A stretch of 64,000 nt of DNA from positions 1-64,000 of the forward strand of contig CAVOHZ010000008.1 of NCBI GenBank assembly GCA_963695855.1. Reading direction: 5' to 3'. Below the pieces are notes generated by a model. It saw only the letters and a list, made by a program, of their open reading frames with translations, did not search any database and had not been told where the DNA came from. A program made the translations under genes and the position numbers. This document shows positions 43,611 through 53,560 of the stretch, piece after piece. Each line of letters begins with the position of its first letter. Position 1 is the first letter of the stretch. The DNA is from an uncultured Nitrososphaerales archaeon. GTDB lineage: Archaea > Thermoproteota > Nitrososphaeria > Nitrososphaerales > Nitrososphaeraceae.

Positions 43611-43695
43611 ATAAAAGCTAAATACAGGATACTACTATCTTTACATTGGACTCCCTTTTTAGAACCGCTATCGGTGTTACTCCCGACGGGCCCGT
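43611..43695 (+). repeat. attR: subfamily-B arm plus intact 17-bp core
   Basis: ATAAAAGCTAAATACAGG..TACATTGGACTCCCTTTTTAGAACCGCTATCGGTGTT-ACTCCCGACGGGCCCGT. Confidence 0.92.
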
Positions 43696-43908
43696 ACTTT
43701 TCTAGGGACCACCATATATTCGTAGATTAAGATAATATTATTCGATCAAAATATGTATTAGAAAATAGGTGAGAAAGAGATTTCATTTTCTACTTAAACA
43801 TTATTTTCTATTCTTCTTATTGTCAATAATTCAGAATGATAGAATATTACAAGATCAGATAATGTTCCTTCTAGCCATAGATATATTAAATTCGTATTTA
43901 ACAATGTA

Positions 43909-44085
43909 ATGAGCGATAGTAACATTATGAATGTAGGAAAAGAAACTAAATGTCCTATTTGTATAAAGAAATTCATTGAACATTCAGAGTTACAGGACAA
44001 AATATGCAAAATGATCACAATAATGCAATTTGCAAATATCTCTCCAGGTTTCGATGTTCAACATAGACCTTTCTTTGAAGATTAA
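43909..44085 (+). CDS. Small zinc-finger-like protein (58 aa, absent from ORF track)
   Basis: MSDSNIMNVGKETKCPICIKKFIEHSELQDKIC...; shares a duplicated upstream region with the 44385 gene. Confidence 0.5.
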   Translation: MSDSNIMNVGKETKCPICIKKFIEHSELQDKICKMITIMQFANISPGFDVQHRPFFED

Positions 44086-44160
44086 ATATCTATAATTCTT
44101 CAATTTTAGTTTCTATCTGTTTCTTTAGTATGAACTGCACAAACCAGTGAATGCAGATAA

Positions 44161-44184
44161 CGGGTTCAAATCCCATCCCTTCCA
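44161..44184 (+). other. Orphan tRNA 3'-end-like fragment (possible att scar)
   Basis: CGGGTTCAAATCCCATCCCTTCCA. Confidence 0.5.
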
Positions 44185-44384
44185 TGCTAGTCATGCTGAT
44201 ATTATTTCTTATCTTGGGTCTTTCGTGGACCTGTATTGGTTGCTGTAATGCTAGGATTTCACTTTCCACCTAAATATCATTTTCTATTCTTCTTATAGTC
44301 AATAATTCAGCATGATAAAATATTACAAGATTAGATAATGTTCCTTCTAACCTTAGATATATTAAATTCGCATTTAACAATATA

Positions 44385-45098
44385 ATGAGCAATAACAACA
44401 ATAGAATGATAGTTTTTGCTTCTATATTGGGAGCAATACTGGCAACAATTATGCTCGCTCTAAACCCATCAACAATTACATACGCAGGTGCACAAATGTA
44501 CGGAGACCACCAGTACGGATATGATAATAACCATGAAAAAAAGAGTTCTCATACAGATATCCAGAAAATATCCTGTGTAAACAGTAACATAAATGTAAAT
44601 GGTATAGATATTACCCAAATACCTGAAGACACTACTGCTACTGCAGCAGCAAATGAAGAAGCAGGTCCAGACGCAGCAAATACACAAAATGGAAATGGCT
44701 TCGATAAAATAAACTTCGACAGAAACCTGGTAAATATATGTGTAAATGTTAATTTGAATGAGCAACTAAGAAATGTTCGAACATGTGAAAGTTGCTTTAC
44801 AACAGTCCTAAGTCAAAACGAATTAAATGATTTAATACGAGCCATAACAGAAGATGGTGGTCCACTTTCATTACAAGAACTTTGTGACTTTATTGCTGGC
44901 AATCTAGACGAGGAAGGTCGTGCATTCATAAGTGAAAGACTATTCACGCTAGGTGGTAGTGTAGGAATATCAGCAGATAAAATTAATGAGATCTTGGATT
45001 GTCTTGAGGAAGTATTTGGTGGTGATTTTCCAAGAGATATTAATGGCGGCACTTTACAGTCACAACAGATGAATTGGAAATCTATAGGTAATAATTGA
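44385..45098 (+). CDS. Exported hypothetical protein
   Basis: Signal peptide; IQKISCVNSNINVNGIDITQIP..NLVNICVN. Confidence 0.75.
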   Translation: MSNNNNRMIVFASILGAILATIMLALNPSTITYAGAQMYGDHQYGYDNNHEKKSSHTDIQKISCVNSNINVNGIDITQIPEDTTATAAANEEAGPDAANTQNGNGFDKINFDRNLVNICVNVNLNEQLRNVRTCESCFTTVLSQNELNDLIRAITEDGGPLSLQELCDFIAGNLDEEGRAFISERLFTLGGSVGISADKINEILDCLEEVFGGDFPRDINGGTLQSQQMNWKSIGNN

Positions 45099-45350
45099 GT
45101 TATTACCCGATCAATAATATCCTTTTTATTTTTTTCCTTTTTTTCTTTTTTTTAAATATAAATTAATTAGTCAAAATATTTTGGACCGTCATTCTGTTCA
45201 TAAAACTTTACCAGATTAACTAACCGCTGTCGTTGTAAAGGATTTCTATTTTATTATTTTCTTCATAGAAATCCATAAACCTGTTTAATTCGTCGTCGTA
45301 ACATTCGTTATCCCTACTTTTCATTTTTAACCTGGAAACTGTCTTCCTAC

Positions 45351-45427
45351 GTCGGGAGTAATACCGATAGCGGTGCAAAAATAAGAGTCTATGTTAGAGA
45401 TACTACTACTATGTATTTAATTTTATC
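45351..45427 (-). repeat. att-like motif, subfamily B, inverted and outside attR
   Basis: Reverse complement GATAAAATTAAATACATAGTAGTAGTATCTCTAACATAGACTCTTATTTTTGCACCGCTATCGGTATTACTCCCGAC. Confidence 0.88.
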
Positions 45428-45783
45428 ATGGAAACATAAATGATTTTAAAATTCAGAATCCATAATTTTTTTCATCTTTTACAGATTATAGTACTAGAAA
45501 AATAGATTAATCTGAATTATCTTATTCCTATTAATAGTATATGAACCCAATTCGTCAACTGGCTCAGACGATAGTTAACTGTTGATTTTGACACAAATTT
45601 GTATTTCAATAATAGCTTAAATTCCAGATAAAGAAAGAAACTTTTTTATTTGAAATATTAATAAATAAATCAATAAACTAGAAAATATAGAATATTAAAA
45701 CAATAATTATGAATGAGGAATTGGAGTTCTAATTATAACTGGTTCTATTACTCAATTAAAACCCCAGAGATTCAACAGAACTT

Positions 45784-47139
45784 TTGATAAGAATATTTTT
45801 AAACTACGTATATTTTTTAATATTATTAGTGTTTGACTTATCTCTTCAACAACTAACAAAGCAACAAAAGGTTATACTTACTGGATCGTGGCTTGGATGG
45901 GCTCTTGATGGATATGATCTTGTTTTAATGCTTTTTGTAATATCATCAATAAATCAATTATTTTTTCCTTCTAACGATCCATCTTTGAGTCTATTAGCCA
46001 CCTTTGGGACATATGTAGTAACACTAATAATGAGACCTGTTGGTGGAGCATTCTTTGGAAACTTTGGTGATAAACATGGAAGAAAAAAAGCTATGATAAT
46101 AACAATCACAGGTTTTTCTTTAATAACTTTCTTGACAGGTTTATTGCCAACCTGGCAGTCTGTAGGACTTTTGGCACCAATTTTATTGATAATAATTAGA
46201 TTCGCACAGGGCTTTTTCGCTGGTGGCGAATGGGGTAGTGGAGCGGTAATCAGTATGGAATCTTCACCAAAACCTATGCGAGGGCTTCTTTCAGGATTTG
46301 TACAAAGCGGCTTTACATTTGGTTTCCTTCTTGCATCAATTTCATTTAGACTCACCAACTTTGCATTCCCAGGCGATGAATTTATGGAGATGGGTTGGAG
46401 AGTACTATTCTTTACAGGTATAATACCAGGACTAGTGGCATTGTTTGTAAGATTAAAAATGGATGAATCACAGATATGGATCAAGAAAGTAAAAGAAAAG
46501 AAGATTGCTAGACTTCCTTTAAAAAATGTTTTATCTAATAAAGATAATAGAAGACGCTTTTTTTTATCTTTGATAGTCATGACTGGTCTTATGTTTTCTT
46601 ATTATATTTCTATAGGTTTTATGCCTACTTTATTAGAAAAGTACGTAAAATTAGAAAGACAGGAAGTGGCAAATATCATGGTTGTTACTGTAATATTTTC
46701 CTTAATAGGTCATTTATTTACAGGTTTTATTAGTCAATACATTGGTAGATTAAAAATATTAACAATATTTGGTATCGCATCATTAATAGTTGCTATACCT
46801 TCATTGAATGGGATCTTTACTGCATCAAATAGTTTTGAGATTGCTCTTTACTCTTCTTTGTTTGTTTTCTTTGTATCTAGTGGATTTGGACCGATGCCTG
46901 CGTTTTTATCAGAAAGATTTCCTACTGAGATTAGAAATAGCGCAGCAGGGTTCGTTTATAATGGCGGACTATTGATAGGTTCATGGGCACCACTATTCGC
47001 AATTACTTTGTTATCGTATTTTGAAAAATATAATATTACTCTATATTATGCTGTTGCTATAAATGTTATAATAGCTTCTATTATCCTTATAATAGGTTCT
47101 AGGGTTAATCCAGATACCAGACATGTAGATCTTGGATAA
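45784..47139 (+). CDS. MFS transporter (MHS/SHS-like); true start probably slightly downstream
   Basis: DGYD, RPVGG..FG..GDKHGRK, RFAQG...GGEWG, ERFPTEIR. Confidence 0.92.
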   Translation: MIRIFLNYVYFLILLVFDLSLQQLTKQQKVILTGSWLGWALDGYDLVLMLFVISSINQLFFPSNDPSLSLLATFGTYVVTLIMRPVGGAFFGNFGDKHGRKKAMIITITGFSLITFLTGLLPTWQSVGLLAPILLIIIRFAQGFFAGGEWGSGAVISMESSPKPMRGLLSGFVQSGFTFGFLLASISFRLTNFAFPGDEFMEMGWRVLFFTGIIPGLVALFVRLKMDESQIWIKKVKEKKIARLPLKNVLSNKDNRRRFFLSLIVMTGLMFSYYISIGFMPTLLEKYVKLERQEVANIMVVTVIFSLIGHLFTGFISQYIGRLKILTIFGIASLIVAIPSLNGIFTASNSFEIALYSSLFVFFVSSGFGPMPAFLSERFPTEIRNSAAGFVYNGGLLIGSWAPLFAITLLSYFEKYNITLYYAVAINVIIASIILIIGSRVNPDTRHVDLG

Positions 47140-47379
47140 TTAATAAAAAATTGAGTTTGTTTTTTAACTCCTTATCCTCTTCAAAATATAGATTTTTCAG
47201 TTAATACAGTTAAAGCTTTAATAAAAGAAGGAGAATTTAAAGCTATGAAAATTCTTACAAGGTATAACCAATGAAATTTACAACATCTTGTATCGTTCAC
47301 AGTGGGATGCAAAACAAATTTGACTAAATTTTTGGCCTCACTTTTGAAAATGTGTAATATTCAAACTTAATATACTTAT

Positions 47380-47835
47380 TTTATTACATTAATATTTAAC
47401 CTAACAAAGTCTAATTTCCATTGTAATTCTTTTGCATTAGTTTCAATTTCCTGTACTACTGATTTAGCAAACTTCTCTTTTAGCTTGTCATTAGGTAAAA
47501 ATTTTAGATAGGGTATTAGAACAATTGTTTTTATGAAAAGAAGATATTCTTCTTTGTTACTAAATTTAGCATCTTTATCTTCCAGAAAGACTTGGATATT
47601 CCTAAAACCTATTTCTTGTAATCTTCTTTCTGTATCTTCTTTTTTGGCAAAATACCATGTTTGATTCCAAATATCTTCTCCTTTATTGTTGCTAAAATAA
47701 TTATAAAATTCCTTTTCCTTGCTAACTTTATTGAGAATGGATAGAGTCTTTGTAAGATCTCTATGTCCACCACATTGAATTAATAGTTGACCTTCAGGGT
47801 TTAGAATTTGCCAGAAGCGTTCAAAAACTTTTTTA
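47380..47835 (-). pseudogene. 5'-truncated SAM methyltransferase (trans-aconitate methyltransferase-like)
   Basis: Minus frame: VFERFWQILNPEGQLLIQCGG...LQEIGF..LDFVRLNI. Confidence 0.6.
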
Positions 47836-48437
47836 AAATATAAAAATCAATATCAAACTTAAATATCCTTTCTGTGTATATAATAGTATGTTTTGTAATA
47901 TATTCAGTAAACTATTTGGAAAAAAGGAAAAAAAATTAGATAAAATAGATGATAAAAAGCCAGTAGAAAACGCATAGAATTATGCAAATGGATTCTTTCT
48001 ATAGAATGTTTTGTTTGTGATTTACCTGAAACTGCAAGAACTATAGACTTTTCAATCAATCGTTGTACGGAGTCTAAAATCTCCTCATCACTAAGTCCAG
48101 TCCTCTCTTTTAATATGCTATTCTATTTTGTTCATGGACTATTTCGTTTTTGTTAAGAAATTAATTATAGACGTGTTGGTCTTGTGCTTCTGTGGCTTTG
48201 GCTTCCATACCTTAAAATCCTTACGCCTTTGCCTTTAAAAAAACTTATCAAAAATATTTTTTCCTAGAGCAGTCAATTATTAGCGCCTCCTGTTGCATTA
48301 ACCTCTAACTTACTAAGTGTTAACCTATTTCTATCATACATTATAATATTTCTCCTTTATTGTAAAAAAAGTCAAAATATATGGAATTTGTCAGCTCTGA
48401 CGATATGAAAATCTTCTAGTATATTCCATTACTGTAT

Positions 48438-48572
48438 GTTGGCTAGGTTCAAACTTAACATACTCCGTATGAGAGTGAGGCTCTGACTGAACCGTATCTT
48501 ATGAATGAATGAATGAGTGGCTATCATAGTACCCTTAGAGGGTGAATGGATGTTTGCCACCTGTTAGCCAAC
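48438..48572 (+). ncRNA. Candidate IS110 bridge RNA (structured non-coding left end)
   Basis: Less AT-rich non-coding segment enclosed by GTTGGCTA...TAGCCAAC, just upstream of the transposase. Confidence 0.4.
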
Positions 48573-48609
48573 AACAAGAACTAAAAAAGAAGGTGAATGA
48601 AAAAGAAAA

Positions 48610-49680
48610 TTGAATCATCTTGGAATAGATGTCGGAAAAAGAATATGCAGAGTAGCACTAAAAGATGACATGGGAAAGATACAGGATGAATTCTTCTTTG
48701 GTAACAATTCTCAGGGAATATTAGAATTGATTAAAAGGACACAGAATTATAGAACAAAAAAATGTAATGCAGTACTGGAATCTACCGGTAACATGTGGAT
48801 GAGAATACATGATACACTGGAAGATAATGGAATAGATACTATACTTGCCAATCCATACAAGACAAAGATAATAGTACAAGCAAAGATAAAATCAGATAAA
48901 CTTGATGCTTCTATATTATCTGATCTGCTGAGAACTGGATTGGTATACGAATCATATGTACCTGTAAAGGAATTCAGAGAAAAAAGGAGTCTGGTCAGAC
49001 ACAGGATAGTATTATCCAGAACCAAAACAAAACTAGCAAACAAGGTTCATGCTATTTTAGACAAATATGAATACAGAACAGAACTGGCAGATATATTTGG
49101 AAAATCTGGAATTGAGTGGCTGAAATCACTGTCTGTTTCACCAATAGACAAAATAATACTGAATACGACACTAACATCAATAGAATCTATAGCTAACCAG
49201 ATAGAAATAGTATCAAAAGAGATAGCAAGATATGCCTGGCAAGATAGTCAAGATGTAAAGTTACTTCTAAGTATTACAGGTATAGACATATTTTCTGCAA
49301 TGCTGATATCAACAGAGATAGTTGATATCACTAGATTCTCTACACCATGGAAACTTGTTAGTTATGCAGGATTGGCACCATCTACAAGAGAGTCATCTGG
49401 AAAAATAAAAACAGGTAGAATAACAAAACAAGGTTCTCCATTGCTGAGATGGATACTAGTACAGTGTTCATTATCTGCCATCAGACATGACCATCATATG
49501 AGAACATTCTATGAAAGAATCAAACAGAGAAAGGGGCATGGAAAAGCAATAGTTGCGACAGCAAAAGAAATGCTTGTTGTAATATGGTACATGCTAACAA
49601 GACACCAATTGTATAGATACATGAACAAGACTAGATATGAGGAGAAACTAGAAAGACTGAAGAAGATCGGATCTCAATAA
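48610..49680 (+). mobile_element. IS110-family transposase
   Basis: GIDVGK, LESTG, KSDKLDA (DEDD), SITGI, SYAGLAPS..SSG, ITKQG. Confidence 0.95.
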
Positions 49681-49937
49681 AGTAAAGGTAATTAGACAAC
49701 AAAAAGACAATGAGCTCTGAGAATAGGAACGTCATATATAGCGGAGGCTATTGTTGACAATGCTTAATAGATAGAAAGACATAACAAAATAAGGCTGAAC
49801 AGGATACAAAAGATAACCAGCATACATGTAGATTTTCATGGATGTTAAGTTAAGGAAAATTTATGAAATAAATTGAAAAATTCTTTTGAAATTGAGCACA
49901 GAACATAATATAAAAGTAGAATATACACATTATTTTA

Positions 49938-50864
49938 GGTAATACCTGTACATTTGGAGCAAAAAATAAACACATGATATGTTATTTTATACATATTTGT
50001 GCGTAAATATGATCCAATAGACCTAGCATCAAGCGATAAGAAAAGTAGTATATATTTTCGTAATCTTAGATGGAATGGAAAAAGAATATGTCCTAGATGT
50101 AGGTATAGACTTCTATATTATCTGAAATCAAATAGGTATGGCTGTAAACGTTGCAGATATAATTTTAGTGAATTTACAGGTACATATCTCGGACAGATAC
50201 GAACATCGCTTAGCAATATCATACACTTACTTTATCTATTTACATTAGGAGTACCTGCATATAGAATTAGATTTTATGTATCATGTGATCTATCAACAAT
50301 AGAAAGAACATTTCGATTATTTAGACAAACGATATATGATAAATCGCTACAACAACTACATGAATTAAAGTTATCTGGTGAGATTGAAATTGATGAAGCG
50401 TTATTTGGTGGTTATAGAAAAGGTGGCAAGAGAGGATGGGGTGTAATTGAGCACAAAAATCTGGTATTTGGTATCTACAAGAGAAATGGAATTGTTATTA
50501 CATTTCCAGTATCTGATAGAAAACATGAGACACTTATTCCCTTGATAAAACAATATACCAAGAAAGGATCGTTGTACTATTCTGATGACCATACTGCATA
50601 TGCAATGTTGAATATGATTGGAAAACATCAAGTCGTTGCACATGGAAGAGATGAATATGTAAGAGAAGATACCCATATTAATAGAATTGAAGGATTCTGG
50701 AGTTATGCCAAGACATGGTTGTATCATTACAGGGGAGTACCTAAACAGTATTTTCATGTATATCTAAAAGAGATAGAATTCAGATTCAATAACAGGGAGA
50801 AGGATATTTTCTATGAATTATCAAAATTAATGATAAAATCTGCTCCAACTATGTAGGTATTACC
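49938..50864 (+). mobile_element. IS1595-family element, transposase 49999-50856
   Basis: CPRC..CKRC, EIDE, YSDD, NRIEGFWS, YL.E.EFRFN. TIRs GGTAATACCTGTACATTTGGAGCA / GGTAATACCTACATAGTTGGAGCA. Confidence 0.92.
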
Positions 50865-50909
50865 TTTAACAATACATGGTAATAGATATATAATATTATA
50901 AAAATTAAA

Positions 50910-50929
50910 TGGAGGAGGTGGGATTTGAA
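50910..50929 (-). other. Orphan tRNA 3'-end-like fragment
   Basis: Reverse complement TTCAAATCCCACCTCCTCCA, directly abutting an IS6-like end (GGCTCTGTT). Confidence 0.45.
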
Positions 50930-51059
50930 GGCTCTGTTCGAATCCTGTTTTTTGGATGCATAAATGGGTGATGACATCAATAACTAATTAATATTACTTT
51001 TTATGGTTCTGTAAACTTCCCGTCAGATTTCTAATGTGTAAAAAATCGTCGGATAAATT

Positions 51060-51272
51060 TTACTTTTTATTAATATGAATTATTTTATTATTTATAGATG
51101 GATTTCCAGATACTAATGCTACTTCATTTTTATCATTAACTACAAATTTTATAGATTCAGGATTGCCTAACATTTCTATAATCGGTTTTGGGATGGAACT
51201 AGAATAACCTCTCTTCTCTACGTAATTAACACCTACTTCAAATTCTTTAGTGTCTTTTTTCCATTTAGGCAT
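51060..51272 (-). CDS. AbrB-like small DNA-binding protein
   Basis: SSIPKPIIEMLGNPESIKF; divergent from the transposase. Confidence 0.6.
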   Translation of the reverse strand: MPKWKKDTKEFEVGVNYVEKRGYSSSIPKPIIEMLGNPESIKFVVNDKNEVALVSGNPSINNKIIHINKK

Positions 51273-51280
51273 AATATATT

Positions 51281-51373
51281 ATATACGTAGATATTATTTT
51301 AATGTACCTCGATTATCTACGTTGATAAACGATATATTTATATATCTACGTAGATATATTAACTACGTAGATA
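51281..51373. promoter_or_regulatory. Four copies of palindromic TATCTACGTAGATA-like operator
   Basis: ATATACGTAGATA, TATCTACGTTGATA, TATCTACGTAGATA, AACTACGTAGATA. Confidence 0.7.
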
Positions 51374-51374
51374 A

Positions 51375-52493
51375 ATGAGCAAACAGTTAGTAAATCGTGA
51401 AGAATTGGGAAAACAGTTACAAAATCATGTCCAGAGAATTGATGATAAAACTTACTGTATCAAGTCATTAACATCTAACAAAATTTATGAAATTGTTTCT
51501 ACTCAATTAGGATTTGTTTGCTCATGTCCAGACCATATGTTTAGAGGAATAAAATGTAAGCATATTATAGCTACTGAATTAAGTCTCAAAATAAGAGAAC
51601 AGGTTAAGAAAAGAATTATTGAACCAATTGTAAATATTGGCAAGTGTATTTATTGTAAATCTTCTCAAATTATTAAAGATGGTATAAGACATAACAAATA
51701 CGGAGATATTCAGAAATTCAACTGCAAAGATTGCAGAAAATATTTTACAATCAATATTGGCTTTGAAAGAATGAAACACAATCCACAAGGAATTACTACT
51801 GCAATGCAGTTATACTTTAGTGGAGACTCATTAAGGAATACTGCTAAATCTTTAGAGTTATTAGGAGTAAATGTAAGCCATCAAACTATCTACAATTGGA
51901 TTGAAAAATATACTCGACTAATGGACAAATATTTAGAGAGTTTAATTCCAGATGTTTCTAATGCTTGGCGAACGGATGAATTATACTTGAAAGTGAAAGG
52001 AAATAACAAATATTTGTATGCTTTGATGGATGATGAAACTCGTTTCTGGATTGCTCAACAGGTAGGAAATACCAAATATACAGAAGATATAAAACCACTT
52101 TTGCAGAAAGGAAAAGTACTAACAGGTAAAAGACCATTATCATTTATCAGTGACGGAGCAAAAAACTTTCATCAAGCATACAAGAAAGAATTTTTCACAA
52201 TAAATAATCCTCGAACTAAACATATTTCCCATATCAGGTTACAAGGAGACCATAACAATAACAAGATGGAAAGATTAAACGGAGAAATTAGAGATAGAGA
52301 AAAAACCATGAGAGGTTTGAAAAAATGCAATTCTCCTATATTGAAAGGCTACCAAATCTATCATAACTACATTAGAGAACATGAAGGTTTAAACGGAAAA
52401 ACACCAGCAGAAAAATGCGGGATAAAAATTGAAGGTAATGACAAATGGCTTACGATTATTCAAAATGCCGAGAAGGAGCTAAGAAATGAGTAA
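51375..52493 (+). CDS. IS6-like DDE transposase with SWIM and zinc-ribbon domains
   Basis: CSCPD..CKHI, CIYC..CKDC, HTH (VSHQTIYNWI), WRTDE, ISDG, NNKMERLNG. Confidence 0.9.
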   Translation: MSKQLVNREELGKQLQNHVQRIDDKTYCIKSLTSNKIYEIVSTQLGFVCSCPDHMFRGIKCKHIIATELSLKIREQVKKRIIEPIVNIGKCIYCKSSQIIKDGIRHNKYGDIQKFNCKDCRKYFTINIGFERMKHNPQGITTAMQLYFSGDSLRNTAKSLELLGVNVSHQTIYNWIEKYTRLMDKYLESLIPDVSNAWRTDELYLKVKGNNKYLYALMDDETRFWIAQQVGNTKYTEDIKPLLQKGKVLTGKRPLSFISDGAKNFHQAYKKEFFTINNPRTKHISHIRLQGDHNNNKMERLNGEIRDREKTMRGLKKCNSPILKGYQIYHNYIREHEGLNGKTPAEKCGIKIEGNDKWLTIIQNAEKELRNE

Positions 52494-52654
52494 AGATAAT
52501 TGTGACATTATAAATCTTGGTCGTTGGTTTCTAGATTTAATTTCTGAAATAATGGATTGTAATTGTAAAAAATAATCGAAAAAGCTAAAGCTAAGTAATT
52601 TTATTATTATTTAGATTTGATTATCAATAAGTATAGCTTGGTATATTCTGAAAT

Positions 52655-53386
52655 ATGCCAGATTGGGTTGCTATTCTCATATCAGGAGGTATCGTTGCAG
52701 CATTGATAACAGTTGGTGCAAATGAATTATCTAAAAGAAGACAGAATGAAATAGAAATAAAAAAACATAGAATGGATATTCTCTCACGGTATGTATCTCT
52801 CTATAACAGATTAGCACTATACACAAATTGGAATATTTCTTGGAAAATACGAGAGGCTAAGGAAGATGAAGGAAAAATTGACTATCCATTGATTATGTAT
52901 TATGTATGTGATTTTTTGCAATTAAGAAAACAATTGATACATTCATTGGGTACATTACAGTTTGATAATCTAGATGCTGACGAAATAATTAATGATTTAG
53001 AAAGAACTATTGTTGGTATAATCAAAAAAGAATTTGATGAAATAGAATTTAGTAAATTATCCTGTTTAGTGGATGATGATACGCCCTATCATAAATTTTA
53101 CGAAAAAATTAATGAAAATGAAAACAAAGAATTGTTTGAAAAATTTAAGAAATTTTTAGGAAATAATAAAGTTAATCTTGAAAAGTATTGTAGATGGTAT
53201 AGTCAATTAATAATGTTTGAATTAACTCATATTTACAAAATATGGTATAAGCAAGAACCAAAGAATTCTAAACTTAGTGAGGATTTACTACAAGAATTAG
53301 AAAAATATCCTACCTATTATAAGAGGATTAAAAAAATTGGTGAAATAGGTGACAGAGTAATATCTTTTAACCCTAAGATTAAGTAA
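52655..53386 (+). CDS. Passenger hypothetical protein with N-terminal TM helix
   Basis: Lies inside the IS6 TIRs. Confidence 0.75.
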   Translation: MPDWVAILISGGIVAALITVGANELSKRRQNEIEIKKHRMDILSRYVSLYNRLALYTNWNISWKIREAKEDEGKIDYPLIMYYVCDFLQLRKQLIHSLGTLQFDNLDADEIINDLERTIVGIIKKEFDEIEFSKLSCLVDDDTPYHKFYEKINENENKELFEKFKKFLGNNKVNLEKYCRWYSQLIMFELTHIYKIWYKQEPKNSKLSEDLLQELEKYPTYYKRIKKIGEIGDRVISFNPKIK

Positions 53387-53560
53387 AAGTCGGAATAATC
53401 TTCTTTCTAATTATGTGACGACAGTTATCAGACGATTTTTGACAGCTCTTTCAAACCGACAAAGAATTTACAGAACCCTTTTTATTGGATTAAATATAAT
53501 ATTCAAATAAAATTGTTTTATAAGTTGTTACATTAATTAAAATCCAATTGAAATAAACGA

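Larger units (their letters stand above)
2806..43695 (+). mobile_element. About 41-kb integrative element / genomic island in tRNA-Lys
   Basis: Identical 17-bp direct repeat ACTCCCGACGGGCCCGT at 2806-2822 (tRNA 3' end) and 43679-43695; integrase immediately downstream of the tRNA. Confidence 0.9.
51005..53477 (+). mobile_element. IS6-family transposon with regulator and passenger gene
   Basis: TIRs begin GGTTCTGTAAA at both ends; 8-bp TSD CTTTTTAT at 50997-51004 and 53478-53485. Confidence 0.9.

Noticed and set aside
21761-43695. Dispersed motif as CRISPR repeats or classical integron attC sites
   Set aside because: Spacing is 0.4-5 kb, no cas genes are present, no attC R-box ends were noticed, and the motifs end in the tRNA att core instead.
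44161-44184. Complete tRNA gene
   Set aside because: Only T-arm and acceptor-like 3' sequence; no D-arm or matching 5' acceptor strand upstream.
49930-50872. Target-site duplication for IS1595
   Set aside because: The flanks (TTATTTTA versus TTTAACAA) do not match.
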